Shown: positions 20,504 through 33,266 of the stretch, one piece after another
Layout of the letters: each line of letters starts with the position of its first letter
How positions within the stretch are numbered: the stretch's first letter is position 1
Assembly: GCA_002269645.1 (NCBI GenBank)
Contig: NIVC01000237.1
Span: 310,001 to 374,000, forward strand
Length of the DNA stretch: 64,000 nt
Reading direction: 5' to 3'
From: Macrostomum lignano
Taxonomy: Eukaryota
Position numbers and translations under genes: made by a program
The notes under the pieces: model-generated
What the model was told of the DNA's origin: nothing
Seen by the model: the letters and a program-made list of their open reading frames with translations, nothing else
Databases searched by the model: none

Positions 20504-22845
20504 TTAATTGAAGGCGAGCAGCGAGTCCAGATCGTCCAGCACGCTCGGCGCCTCGTCTGACGCTCCCACCGCCGCCTCAGCAGCCGGCGCCTGTGCCAGG
20601 CTCCCAGATGCTGCATCGTTGACAGTTGAAAAACCGACAGCTGCCTGATGACCGGCTGGCAGATTGACAACAGCCTCGCCAGCCTCATCCGCGTCATCCG
20701 GCTCGTCGTCGTCTTCGCTAGTCTCATCCGAGTCCGCCTCCAATTCGACATCGTCGGTCGCAGAATCTCCGACCGCCTCGTTGCCGTTGTCGCCGCGGCT
20801 GGCGAACAAGTCAAAGCCGGCACTTTCTGCATCGTCCTGCTCCGGGGGGGAGGGGTAGAATTTTAGGTTGGGATCAATTGTTATACAGATTAAAGCCGAA
20901 TGCACTGTTTACAAGATTCGTCAACTGTCTTGAGTGCTCAAGGAGAATTGCTGAGACGCCTTTTGGCACAAATAAAAATGGTCTTGAGGACCGATGAAAG
21001 CGTCTCTGAGTGGTTGCAGGTGACTAGGGAAGAAGTGACTGTAGACGACTCTTTAAACGACGAGATGTCACGGTACAAATTCGCGAAGTTTTGATTGTCT
21101 GCGACTCTGGGGCGACGCAAGTGACTTTGGGCCCTTAGAGTCGTATCTGAGGCGTGCTGGAGTCGCTGAAGAATCACTGAGTTTGTAGAAAGTTAAGCGC
21201 TAGTACAACGACACTTGGAGGAAATTTTTTGAAACTCTTTCACGATTCTGCAACTCACGTGATGCACTCGTGACTCAACAGTCGCCTCTGCGTCTCATTG
21301 CAGTCGTTTGAGTGGTTAATAAGTCACAAGAGTCGCCCCAAAGTCGCCCCAAAGTCGCTAGTGAGTTGCTTGCAATGACGCTTTTAGCGGGTTGTTGTGC
21401 AATTCACACCTAGGATGATGGCCAACCCCCCAAGGCACAGAGTGTATACGCCTCCGTACAGTATCCGTGTACTTTTAAGTGCTCACTGCTCAAGAGTCAG
21501 CGGAATGGGCAGAATTGCCGCAGCCCTCCTGCGAACACTAATATTATAAATACATTGACGCCCGTATCGCAGAACCCGCTCCTCACCAGCTCAGCCGCAG
21601 CCGCTGTCAGCTCGCTCAGCTCAGCGGAGAGCCTATCGATATCGTTCAGCAGCGCCCGGGAAATTTCGCCACCGGCAGCCTCGTCCGCCCCTCGCATTGG
21701 TTCGTCCTCGTCTCCGCCGACAGAGGCGGCCGCCGCTCGGCCAACAACGGCATCGGCTCGGGCCAGGTAGCGGGAGGCCGTGTCCACCGCCTGGCGGGTG
21801 ACGCTGCTCTGCAGGGACAGCATCTCGATGAGGGTGTCCCTGGCCTGTTGGCCAGTGTTCGATACGGATTTTAATTATCTTATTATCTATCATATTATAG
21901 GCAGAGGTGTGCAAAATTTAGCGCAATATTCGGTCGGATTTAGGCCAATGGTAAGCAAAATTCGAATGAAACATTCAGTTGACCTTCAGTTCCATAAAAT
22001 ATTGGTCGAATACTAGGTGAGTTCGAGTCGAATATTCGGTGGGATTTCACTCGAGTATTTGGTCGAATTTCAGTCGAATATTCGGTCGGATTTCAGTCGA
22101 ATATTCGGTCGGATTTTAGTCGAATATTCGGTCGGATTTCAGTCGAATATTCGGTCGGGTTCGAGTCGAATATTCGGTGGGATTTCAGTCGAATATTCGG
22201 TGGGATTTCAGTCGAATATTCGGTCGGGTTCGAGTCGAATATTCGGTGGGATTTCAGTCGAATATTCGGTCGGATTTTCAGTCGAATATTTGGTCGGATT
22301 TCAGTCGAATATTCGGTCGGATTTCAGTCGAATATTCGGTCGGATTCCAGTCGAATATTCGGTCGGATTTCAGTCGAATATTCGGCGGGATTTCTATCAG
22401 ACAACAGTGAAATTACAAAAAAATCTACTCAAACTCAAACAGAAAGACAAATTACCTGTAGCGGTCTATACTCATTAATGAGATGGTGCACATTAATAAA
22501 CAGAGTCTTCAAATGCTCGAGTTTCTGCAATCGCTCCTGAGAATCCGGACACTTAACCACAATGTCCATCAGGTCGAGATAGTTGGCCAAGATGGAGAAA
22601 TTCAGCTTCTTCAATTCCCGTTTGTGATCGTAGAGCGCCGGGTACAAGCGGCGAATGCCCTGACTCTCCAGCGAGTGAATGACGGCGTCCTCTTTGGTGC
22701 ACGGCATGCCGAACATGGCATAGCTGGAGTCCAGGGGCCGGGGCGGAGGCGGCGCGGTGCCGCTGTGCACCTGCTCGTCAGTGTAGCAGTTCACGTACTT
22801 CATTGGCGGCAGCGGGAAGGCGCTGATTCTGCTGCTGTCGGACAT
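20504..22845 (-). CDS. MED7: Mediator subunit 7, probably 3 exons, about 326 aa
   Basis: Exon 1 22845-22456 (SAFPLPPMKY...LESQGIRRLYP...KKLNFSILANYLDL...HHLINEYRPLQ) and exon 2 from 21844 (ARDTLIEML) match the recalled MED7 HHLINEYRPHQARETL. Exon 2 ending at 21587 and acidic exon 3 20836-20504 are inferred from GT-AG sites and phase 0, and are less certain. Confidence 0.9.
20900..21420. mobile_element. Dispersed GAGTCGC-rich repeat (same family as 16330-16507) in MED7 intron 2
   Basis: Shared 30-nt block and many GAGTCGC/GCGACTC motifs. Confidence 0.5.
22000..22395. repeat. 23-bp minisatellite with palindromic core CGAATATTCG, MED7 intron 1
   Basis: Unit CAGTCGAATATTCGGTCGGATTT. Confidence 0.93.
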
Positions 22846-24946
22846 CTGCAGCTGCGGGGCGGAGGCCGGATTTCAAATTTAGTTAAGTTACTTGGCTTGT
22901 CCAATAGGCAATATCCATCAGTGGCATGGCCAGCATGTCTACTTAGGGGATCAGAGCCAGCTAGCTATTAGCAACTCCTAGCCTGGATAATGGGCATGGT
23001 GATTACACAATAGTATAACAAAGGGAGAATATAAGAAAAGAACTAAGCTAGATTAGCCACCTTGTGGTGTGGTCATAAACCCTACTGCATTTATCTTACA
23101 TATGCATTTGCCATTTTCTATGGTTATTGATTTGTATTCTTGTACGATAATAAGTGCAGTGATTGATTTGTTAAATTGTTAGCCATCCATTTTTTTAATT
23201 TTTATCCACATGAGCTTGCTTTCTTAATGCTTTTATCAGTCTAACCAACCAGCTAACCAACAAAACACAAAAATACATTAAATACTGCTTCTTGTATTTT
23301 CACTAATTTTTACAAAATCAACTATACTCAGGCAAATATCAACTTAGTTGTACAAAAATCTGAACTATGACTAACATGCTAGCCTTATAGTGCCATGAAA
23401 TTTCATGTCTTTCATGTCCAGTGTACTTTATCATTGCATCCTATTGTATTTTTATACAATACAAAACCTGTATTGCTTAGGAAACATTATGAATGCAATA
23501 GTAAACAAATGTTACTATACTGATTTCTAGGCTTTTTCAGGGTTTTCTTTATACTGGATAAATTTTTATTACCTTTATAAGCAGCAGCAGTCTTACTGAA
23601 GACTACCAAATTGCAACTCTAATCATTGGCATAGGCTTAGCAGTTACTATGTATGCTAAGTTATTAAACTAGTTGGATAGATTGTTTCCTAGAAAGTATA
23701 GCAAGAAGCAACTGAAAGTTATGCAATACAATATTCAGTAAAACAGATGGTAGCTTAAAAGCCAAGTACTGCAAGTTCTTGTTCCAGAACATTATAAGAA
23801 GCAAAAGTATGGAGAACTGAATGATAGGTCCTATACCAATATGAATCTTCTCAGCCTAAATGAATGATAGAATATATTAATCACATTTCTGATTATATTG
23901 GGTGCCATTTAAGGCTATGGAAGGCTTAAATTAGGAACTGTTGATGTATATTTAACAATAGTATTTAAGAACACATGCAACTTAGTTGTAAGATGCATAG
24001 CTAATAAAAAAGATATGTGCTTAGGATAATGGAGAGTTAGAATCCAATGATCTTTGGTCATTATCCAAGCATCAGTAAAGCTTATAAAAAATTAAATTCC
24101 CAAAAAATTGCAATCCCAAACTTAAGCAGGCAGCTTTAATGGGATTACTTGTCTTTTATAAGCATCTATTATTGTTTTTTTGCTACTAATGCTTATGTGA
24201 TAATATTTATACAAGACATTTTCATGAAGACAGCAAAACATTTGATAGCATTTTAGACTAGACAAAATGCTCTTTGTGATATACTAATTGAGTTTGACAG
24301 AAATTTAACCTTATCTATTATCATGTTTCTTTTTATGATAAAGCCATGGTTACTAAAGTCCTTTTGGAACTGGAATGACTCAAGAGCACAACTAATCTTG
24401 TTATAGACTCAACAAGTGACTTGTTTTTGTATTAAACTATAATTTGCCAGACAGCTTGCATAAAGAGTTGTACTACAATGCAATTGTGGTAGCAACTAAT
24501 GGAATATACAATGTAGATTTACCAAATGTCTATAATAGATATGTTGCCAAATACCCACAACAATGTTCATTTTCAAGCATGCTTGAAAATTGGTGACAAA
24601 AAGTTTAACCAAGTGTCAGGCTATAGTGACTTCTGAATTGCAAAAGCTATCATAGTTGGTCTTAAGAGAAATAATTGATACTATCCTATCCGAGATAAAT
24701 TAGCAAATATCAGTTGCTTTAGGCTAAAGTCATTATGAATAAAGTTCAAAATTACACCTGACTCTTAAATTGCATGAAAATATTGCAAAATTGCAAGAAA
24801 ATTATGTTAATTTTAAAAGTACAATTTAATTTGTATGGGTCACATACGAGAATTGCAATGATATTTATTTTGCACAAATTATTAATAGAAAAAAAGTAAA
24901 TGGTGCGCAGCAGCACTCTATTGTCGCTGATGGCTCGCATCACTTA

Positions 24947-25206
24947 AGGCCTTTTCATATTGCTTGCTCTGGTTCCAGAACCAGAACCAATTTGTGAAGT
25001 ATAACTTTTTGTCTCCATAACTAGAGGGAGATACGTGCTATAAAGTTTTTATTATTGAATGACAATCGCCATGAAGAAAGTAAAAAATTGTGCTAAGTTA
25101 GGTTGTTAAGGCAGTCAAATATTAACAGAGTTTAATAGTTATACTGCTGTTTTTCTTGGAATTCCGAACCGATTCTGGTTCTGGAATTGCTAATATGAAA
25201 AGGCCC
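24947..25206. mobile_element. PIF/Harbinger (Tourist-like) MITE, 260 bp
   Basis: TIRs AGGCCTTTTCATATT / AATATGAAAAGGCCC. Inner inverted block TTCCAGAACCAGAA / TTCTGGTTCTGGAA. TTA on both flanks (24944-46, 25207-09). Confidence 0.72.
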
Positions 25207-26292
25207 TTAGTCGACCTTATTTTTTTCTTCTAAGAACATGCACTTTGCGGCTGATTTATGTTTAAACAAAAGTTTGTTTGACTTTTAATATGTACGCGGA
25301 CAATAACTATAGAAAGTAGATTTTTACCTAAAAAATTGATTTTAAAAACAATTAAATGCATTATTTTTATAATACCAGAGGAATAATATGTTGTTTCGGT
25401 TGAGATGGATAATTATTCAACACGCACACTACACGTATTTTGTCAAAAGTAGTCGTCCTGTGCAACTGCAACTGCGCTACATAGTTTATTCAATTTGTTT
25501 GTTCCTGTTGTGTGGAATAATAATAAATCTACTTTGTTTCACTTAACAAAATTTTTGCATACTTTACACTCAGGAAATTGCGAATTTCCCTGTCTAACAA
25601 AGGTAATAAAATCCTGTTTTGGGTACGATTACGTTACGTTCCGATAGTAGAACATTCGCAAGACCATAACACTTCTAATATGCTATGAAGAACGACTCCG
25701 TAAATAAAGTGGACTGAGTATATGATATTATTCATAAGCAGATGATTGATGAATGAGGAATTAATGAGGTGATCTCTATAAACAAAAACGGTGTTTCTAT
25801 CAGATAAAGTAGTATATGAAATTGATTTTGGAAAAAAAAGGCTCAACTGATTTTAACGACAGCTCAAACGCACTATTTTAACTCAAAGGCTCAGTGCTCA
25901 CTGATGTATTTGTTTTTGTATCATGTGAAAATTTAGAAGAAAAAATTATCGCAATTTAAACATTAAATACGATGTTAATGAATATTTCCCCTTCTGCCTT
26001 GTACAATCCAAAAATAATAATGGGCGACGTAGCTTGTCACCATTAAGTTTTATTATCATATCTGAAAATGAGGCATTGATGTCTTCTCCATAAATTCTGG
26101 CATTAAAGTAGATACCCATTAGTTAAAATTGCTTGGTAGATTTTATATGGTTTTAACGGTTTACCTGAATTGTTAGCTATATTCTACAGAAAAAAGATAA
26201 ACTTTAAAACGACTGTGTGATATTTATAATAGTAGTTTTTCATTTACAAGTATGACCTTTATTTTTTTCCACATCCACATATTGCAGCAGCG

Positions 26293-26722
26293 ATGTACCA
26301 GCAGCCAGGAACTCTCACTCTGAGCGGCAACGTAGCCAACTATGGCAGAATTGTCAAGACAGGCAAGTGGCACTTGTCTCGCGAAGCCGAGCCCAAGGAC
26401 TACGAGATAAGCACCGACAAGGTTCGAAATCTCAAACGATCGACTTATGACCGATTGGCCGCTGAATCAGGAGCAGTAAGTTGCTCGGCTAGAAACTGCA
26501 GCCAACCGTATATTTCTAAATTAAACTTTAATCTATTTACCACACAATTCTCGAAATTTCAAAGTTTGAAGATTCAACCACCTACGGCAGCATGTGCGAC
26601 CAGCTGCAGACCAAGGGTGATTACACCGAGCACCCTAAAGCGTCCATGGTTACGGCAGAGACTGTAGCCAGTGTTGTCCTTGATCGGTGAGAAACTTACC
26701 TGTCTGTTCGTCTTGTCTGTCC

Positions 26723-26782
<60 letters not shown>

Positions 26783-27960
26783 GCCTCTCTGCCTATCTAG
26801 GGTGATAAATAGATCAGAAATCCGTGAGACCCCACACCCCGCATCCCTCAGCGACATCGGCAGGCCGAGCCGCGGACCCGGCGCCCTGTTTCCCCGGCAT
26901 TCGAGCGAGTACGACAAGCATCATCTGGAGTCCACGTACAATGCAGACTACGGGGACAGAGTGACCGACGAGCAGATTAAACAGGTGAGACACCTTGCTG
27001 AAGACAGTCGAGTCGCGCCAAGAAACTCTAGGCTGGCTGCATTTCACTTCGCTGATCCCCAGAGCACGAGCACACATGCAGATGCGAACTCAGGAAGGCA
27101 CACAATCTGTTCTTTAACACCCAACTTTGGCGCCCCTGACACCCAGCTTTGGCGCCCCTGACACCCAGCTTTGGCGCCCCTGACACCCAACTATGGCGCC
27201 CCTGACACCCAATTTTGGCGCGCCTGACACCCAGTTTTGGCGCGCCTGACACCCAGCTTTGGCGCCCCTGACACCCAGCTTTGGCGCCCCTGACACCCAA
27301 CTTTGGCGCCCCTGACACCCAGTTTTGGCGCGCCTGACACCCAGTTTTGGCGCGCCTGACACCCAGCTTTGGCGCCCCTGACACCCAGCTTTGGCGCCCC
27401 TGACACCCAGCTTTGGCGCCCCTGACACCCAACTTTGGCGCCCCTGACACCCAACTTTGGCGCCCCTGACACCCAACTTTGGCGCCCCTGACACCCAGTT
27501 TTGGCGCCCCTGACACCCAACTTTGGCGCCCCTGACACCCAACTTTGGCGCCCCTGACACCCAACTTTGGCGCCTCTGACACCCGACTTGTCGCTCACAA
27601 AAACTTTGACACAAAGGTGTTATTTACTTACACAATTATAAAGGTACACACCGCAGGATATTGGCTCATCTGCACTTCTCACTAATATAAGTAGGCTGAT
27701 TAGCTGCACATCCGTTCCTTTCACAGAAATGCGAATCGGAAAACAAAGTCGAGCGGCCAGACGAGGACCTCCTGACGGCGGCTAACAAGCGGCCCCTATC
27801 ACAGTTCTGCGACACCGCCGGACACCGCAGGCAGGGCCGGAACACCTGGCAGGATGAGACCGGGGTGTACGCCAACACGCACCTGAGGCGGCAGGCGCAC
27901 GCCTACAAGAACCCGCTGACGGGCGAAGGGCACACCTTTCTGTCCGAGTATCAGAAGTAG
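26293..27960 (+). CDS. CFAP95: CFAP95 (C9orf135) ciliary microtubule inner protein homolog, 4 exons, 240 aa
   Basis: Exons 26293-26475, 26565-26686, 26801-26984, 27727-27960 (723 nt). GTLTLSGNVANYGRIVKTGKWHLSREAEPKDYEI, KVRNLKRSTYDRL, GALFPRH, STYNADY and SQFCDTAGHRRQGRNTWQDETGVYAN parallel recalled C9orf135 motifs (GSLTLRS...WHRDREAFPKGYDI, STYRRL, GAVFPRH, SQFTD...NTWHDESGIYAN). Confidence 0.87.
26700..26785. repeat. (CTGT)n microsatellite, CFAP95 intron 2
   Basis: Direct reading. Confidence 0.93.
27117..27585. repeat. 22-bp minisatellite (CACCCAACTTTGGCGCCCCTGA)n, CFAP95 intron 3
   Basis: About 21 copies. Confidence 0.95.
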
Positions 27961-28079
27961 CTGGGGGCGACCACTGATGCGGGATTGAAGGAATTTCGAC
28001 TCTGTTTTTCTGTACTTCGACAGACTGAGGGGTGACGTCATCTGACAGATTGTCGTGTGGCGCCATATGATATATTATT

Positions 28080-28545
28080 GGCGAGTGGCGTCATCTGACA
28101 AAAATTGTTGGGTTTGGGTGGCGCCATCTGACAGATTGTTGGGTTTGGGTGGCGCCATCTAACAGATTTTTGGGTTTGGGTGGCGCCATCTGACAGATTG
28201 TTGGGTTTGGGTGGCGCCATCTGACAGATTGTTGGGTTTGGGTGGCGCCATCTGACAGATTTTTGGGTTTGGGTGGCGCCATCTAACAGATTGTTGGGTT
28301 TGGGTGGCGCCATCTAACAGATTGTTGGGTTTGGGTGGCGCCATCTGACAGATTGTTGGGTTTGGGTGGCGCCATCTGACAGATTGTTGGGTTTGGGTGG
28401 CGCCATCTGACAGATTTTTGGGTTTGGGTGGCGCCATCTGACAGATTTTTGGGTTTGGGTGGCGCCATCTGACAGATTTTTGGGTTTGGGTGGCGCCATC
28501 TGACAGATTTTTGGGTTTGGGTGGCGCCATCTGACAGATTGTTGG
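28080..28545. repeat. 31-bp minisatellite (GGGTTTGGGTGGCGCCATCTGACAGATTGTT)n downstream of the CFAP95 stop
   Basis: About 15 copies. Confidence 0.95.
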
Positions 28546-28870
28546 GGCAGGTATATTGCAGTGTCACTTAGGATTTTGCCTTAAGCCTCTAAACTGACTG
28601 ATGTGTAAATTTACCTTATTTTCAAAATTTCCTTTAATTACAATTACCTGTCAATCGAACTAAGCTAAGAAATTTTCGATCAGTTTAACTACAAAATAAA
28701 CCTATCACAGATTAGTTAAATCAGTTTTGCATTCTGCAAGCGTTTAGCGTTAAAGTTTTACATGACATTTATCAATTTTGTGCTTAAAACCGCTGTTCTT
28801 TCATTTTTATTGAAATAGCGAGACAAGTAACATCTGATACTACTTGCGGTAGCCACTATCGGGAATTTTT

Positions 28871-28951
28871 CCAATTGGGTATCTATTCCAGTCTAATTGG
28901 GTAGCTATTCCAGTCTAATTGGGTAGCTATTCCAGTATAATTGGGTAGCTA
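28871..28951. repeat. Left remnant (about 3.5 units) of the 22-bp satellite CTATTCCAGTCTAATTGGGTAG
   Basis: Same unit and orientation as 33470-36220. Confidence 0.93.
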
Positions 28952-29570
28952 TCCAATATACTAAAAATGAAAATCTTGCTTGCTTGCTTGCTTGCTTGTA
29001 ATCGATTAGAGAAAAAATGGCTTAACCGATTTTCATGAGACTTGCACTGTTCGATCAGAAATTTTCCCGTGACGGTACATGCATCGTGGCTAAGAAATTG
29101 CTCGATGCTAAAGGCATTAAATATTCGAAAAACATGCTTTTTTGCAAAGGTCAAGCAAACTTTTTGACTTGAAATGCATTGTAAGAATGCTAGAGAAAAA
29201 ACTGACTGGTTGAATTCTGATTCTGAAATAGATTGCATCATAAATGAATTGTAACTCCGACTTGAATTGCGTCACAGTATTGAAAATGCAGTGTGGAAGC
29301 GTAGCACCAGACGTGATTTAGATTGCGTAACCATATTGTCAACTTTAATTGAGACTGATACTGACTTGCCTGGGAAATTGATTATGTCATAACTGCTTCG
29401 TTAGTGAGTGTTGAATTATATAAGTGCTACAATCTCATTTATAAATTCAATAATAGCTAGCCTAGATGTGAACAGACTAGACTGCAAATGCAGCGACCTG
29501 GGTTCGAATCTTAGTAGTGAAAAGTTTTTTTATTAAAAGCTTTTATTAAAGGACAAATAAAGGACAAAAG

Positions 29571-32340
29571 GCGTCATGTAAAAAAGCATAGAAGCGTCAT
29601 GTAAACAATCATTGAAGCGTCATGTAAAAGTCATAGAAGCGTCATGTAAACAATCATAGAAGCGTCATGTAAAAAATCATAGAAGCGTCATGTAAACAAT
29701 CATAGAAGCGTCATGTAAAAATCATAGAAGCGTCATGTAAAAAATCATACAAGCGTCATGTAAAAATCATAGAGTTTAAAAGATCATAGAAGCGTCATGT
29801 AAAAAATCATAGAAGCGTCATGTAAAAAATCATAGAAGCGTCATGTAAAAAATCATAGAAGCGTCATGTAAACAATCAAAGAAGCGTCATGTAAACAATC
29901 ATAGAAGCGTCATGTAAACAATCATAGAAGCGTCATGTAAAAAATCATAGAAGCGTCATGTAAACAATCATAGAAGCGTCATGTAAAAAATCATAGAAGC
30001 GTCATGTAAAAATCATAGAGTTTAAAAGATCATAGAAGCGTCATGTAAAAAATCATAGAAGCGTCATGTAAAAAATCATAGAAGCGTCATGTAAAAAATC
30101 ATAGAAGCGTCATGTAAACAATCATAGAAGCGTCATGTAAAAAATCATAGAAGCGTCATGTAAAAAATCATAGAAGCGTCATGTAAACAATCATAGAAGC
30201 GTCATGTAAAAAATCATAGAAGCGTCATGTAAACAATCAAAGAAGCGTCATGTAAACAATCATAGAAGCGTCATGTAAAAAATTATAGAAGCGTCATGTA
30301 AAAAATCAAAGAAGCGTCATGTAAACAATCATAGAAGCGTCATGTAAAAAATCATAGAAGCGTCATGTAAAAATCATAGAGTTTAAAAGATCATAGAAGC
30401 GTCATGTAAAAAATCATAGAAGCGTCATTTAAACAATCATAGAAGCGTCATGTAAACAATCATAGAAGCGTCATGGAAACAATCATAGAAGCGTCATGTA
30501 AAAAATCATAGAAGCGTCATGTAAAAAATCATAGAAGCGTCATGAAAACAATCATAGAAGCGTCATGTAAAAAATCATAGAAGCGTCATGTAAACAATCA
30601 TAAAAGCGTCATGTAAAAAATCATAGAAGCGTCATGTAAAAATCATAGAGTTTAAAAGATCATAGAAGCGTCATGTAAAAAATCATAGAAGCGTCATGTA
30701 AAAAATCATAGAAGCGTCATGTAAACAATCATAGAAGCGTCATGTAAACAATCATAGAAGCGTCATGTAAACAATCATAGAAGCGTCATGTAAAAAATCA
30801 TAGAAGCGTCATGTAAACAATCATAGAAGCGTCATGTAAAAAATCATAGAAGCGTCATGTAAACAATCATAAAAGCGTAATGTAAAAAATCATAGAAGCG
30901 TCATGTAAAAATCATAGAGTTTAAAAGATCATAGAAGCGTCATGTAAAAAATCATAGAAGCGTCATGTAAAAAATCATAGAAGTGTCATGTAAAAAATCA
31001 TAGAAGCGTCATGAAAAAATCATAGAAGCGTCATGTAAACAATCATAGAAGCGTCATGTAAACAATCATAGCAGCGTCATGTAAACAATCATAGAAGCGT
31101 CATGTAAAAAATCATAGAAGCGTCATGTAAACAATCATAGAAGCGTCATGTAAACAATCATAGAAGCGTCATGTAAAAAATCATAGAAGCGTCATGTAAA
31201 AAATCATAGAAGCGTCATGTAAACAATCATAGAAGCGTCATGTAAACAATCATAGAAGCGTCATGTAAAAAATCATAGAAGCGTCATGTAAAAAATCATA
31301 GAAGCGTCATGTAAACAATCATAGAAGCGTCATGTAAAAAATCATAGAAGCGTCATGTAAACAATCATAGAAGCGTCATTTAAACAATCATAGAAGCGTC
31401 ATGTAAACAATCATAGAAGCGTCATGTAAAAAATCATTGAAGCGTCATGTAAAAAATCATAGAAGCGTCATGTAAACAATCATAGAAGCGTCATGTAAAC
31501 AATCATAGAAGCGTCATGTAAACAATCATAGAAGCGTCATGTAAACAATCATAGAAGCGTCATGTAAACAATCATAGAAGCGTCATGTAAAAAATCATAG
31601 AAGCGTCATGTAAACAATCATAGAAGCGTCATGTAAAAAATCATAAAAGCGTCGTTTAAAAAATCATAGAAGCGTCATGTAAACAATCATATAAGCGTCA
31701 TGTAAAAAATCATAGAAGCGTCATGTAAAAAATCATAGAAGCGTCATGTAAAAAATCATAGAAGCGTCATGTAAAAAATCATAGAAGCGTCATGTAAAAA
31801 TCATAGAAGCGTCATGTAAAAATCATAGAAGCGTCATGTAAACAATCATAGAAGCGTCATGTAAAAAATCATAGAAGCGTCATGTAAAAAATCATAGAAG
31901 CGTCATGTAAAAAATCATAGAAGCGTCATGTAAACAATCATAGAAGCGTCATGTAAAAAATCATAGAAGCGTCATGTAAACAATCATAGAAGCGTCATGT
32001 AAAAAATCATAGAAGCGTCATGTAAAAAATCATAGAAGCGTCATGTAAAAAATCATAGAAGCGTCATGTAAAAAATCATAGAAGCGTCATGTAAAAAATC
32101 ATAGAAGCGTCATGTAAAAAATCATAGAAGCGTCATGTAAAAAATCACAGAAGCGTCGTTTAAACAATCATAGAAGCGTCATGTAAAAAATCATAGAAGC
32201 GTCATGTAAACAATCATAGAAGCGTCAATAAAAAAAAGCCTTATATAAAAACTAATGGAAGTGTCATTTGAGAAATCATAGAAGCGTCATGGAAGAATAA
32301 AAGAAGCGTCATGTAAAAATCAAACGAAGCGTCATGTCAG
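29571..32340. repeat. 24-bp satellite (AATCATAGAAGCGTCATGTAAAAA)n inside the Helitron, about 115 units
   Basis: Direct reading. A variant AGAGTTTAAAAG spacer occurs at about 29771, 30017, 30378, 30647 and 30916. Confidence 0.96.
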
Positions 32341-33196
32341 ACCTGAAAGAAGTGTCATGTAAAAATTAAAAGAAGCTATTGTGCTGTGCTGGGGAGACTT
32401 ACTGAGATGTCAAAGGCTTACGGAGAAAAACTGAGATTACGGGGGGGGGTTTCTGAGCTGTCAAAGCAAAAGTCAGAAACTACTTCAAACTTCATGTACT
32501 TTCCTCAATTTTTTATTACATTCTTTGTTGGCTCGCCACGGGGGGCGCTGATAGAAGAAGAGTCATGTAAAAAAGAAAAGAAGCACTATGTATACATAAA
32601 AGAAAAGTCATGTCGAAGTTAAAAGATTCATTTGGGAATTGCTACGATGTCAAGGCTTGGAGGGAATCGTTATAGTGCTGTGATTCTTAAAGAAGGAATC
32701 ACTAAAATGTCAAGGCTTAGGGGAGAAGAATTGCTGAGATTTCAAGGCTTTAGGTTGGGTTAAAGTTAGGTTTAGGTCAGGTTTGGGTTGAGGGTTAGAT
32801 TTTAGCGGGTTTAAAGGTTAACAGGGGATTTTTCAGATATCAAGGTTTATGGGGGGCATTCCTGACATGTCAAGGCTAACGGGGGGAATAGCTGAGATGT
32901 CAAGGCTCATGGGGGAATAAATGAGATGTCAAGGCTAAAGTCAGAAGCAAGGACTACTTAAGTAGTCCTTGGTCAGAAGCTACATGTAGTCTATTGAAAA
33001 CTTTTTTTCAATATTTGTTGGCTCCTCACGGGAGGGATCGCTGATAGAAAAAGCGTAATGTAAAAATAAAAGAAGCTTCATGTCGAAGTTAAGAGATTCA
33101 TTTGGGAATCCCTACGATGTCGAGGCTTCCAGGGAATCGCTATAATGCTGTAGTGCTATAATGACTGTTGGAGAGAATTACTGAAATGTCAATGCT

Positions 33197-33266
33197 TTAG
33201 GGTTAGGGTTAGGGTTAGGGTTAGGGCTAGGGTTAGGGCTAGGGTTAGGGCTAGGGTTAGGGTTAG
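33197..33266 (+). repeat. Interstitial telomere-type (TTAGGG/CTAGGG)n tract, about 11 units
   Basis: Direct reading. Confidence 0.9.

Noticed and set aside
26293-26667. 124-aa unspliced ORF as the complete CFAP95 product
   Set aside because: Homology continues in another frame after an 89-nt GT-AG intron (26476-26564).
33197-33266. True chromosome end or healed break
   Set aside because: The tract is short, internal to a Helitron module and flanked by continuous element sequence.
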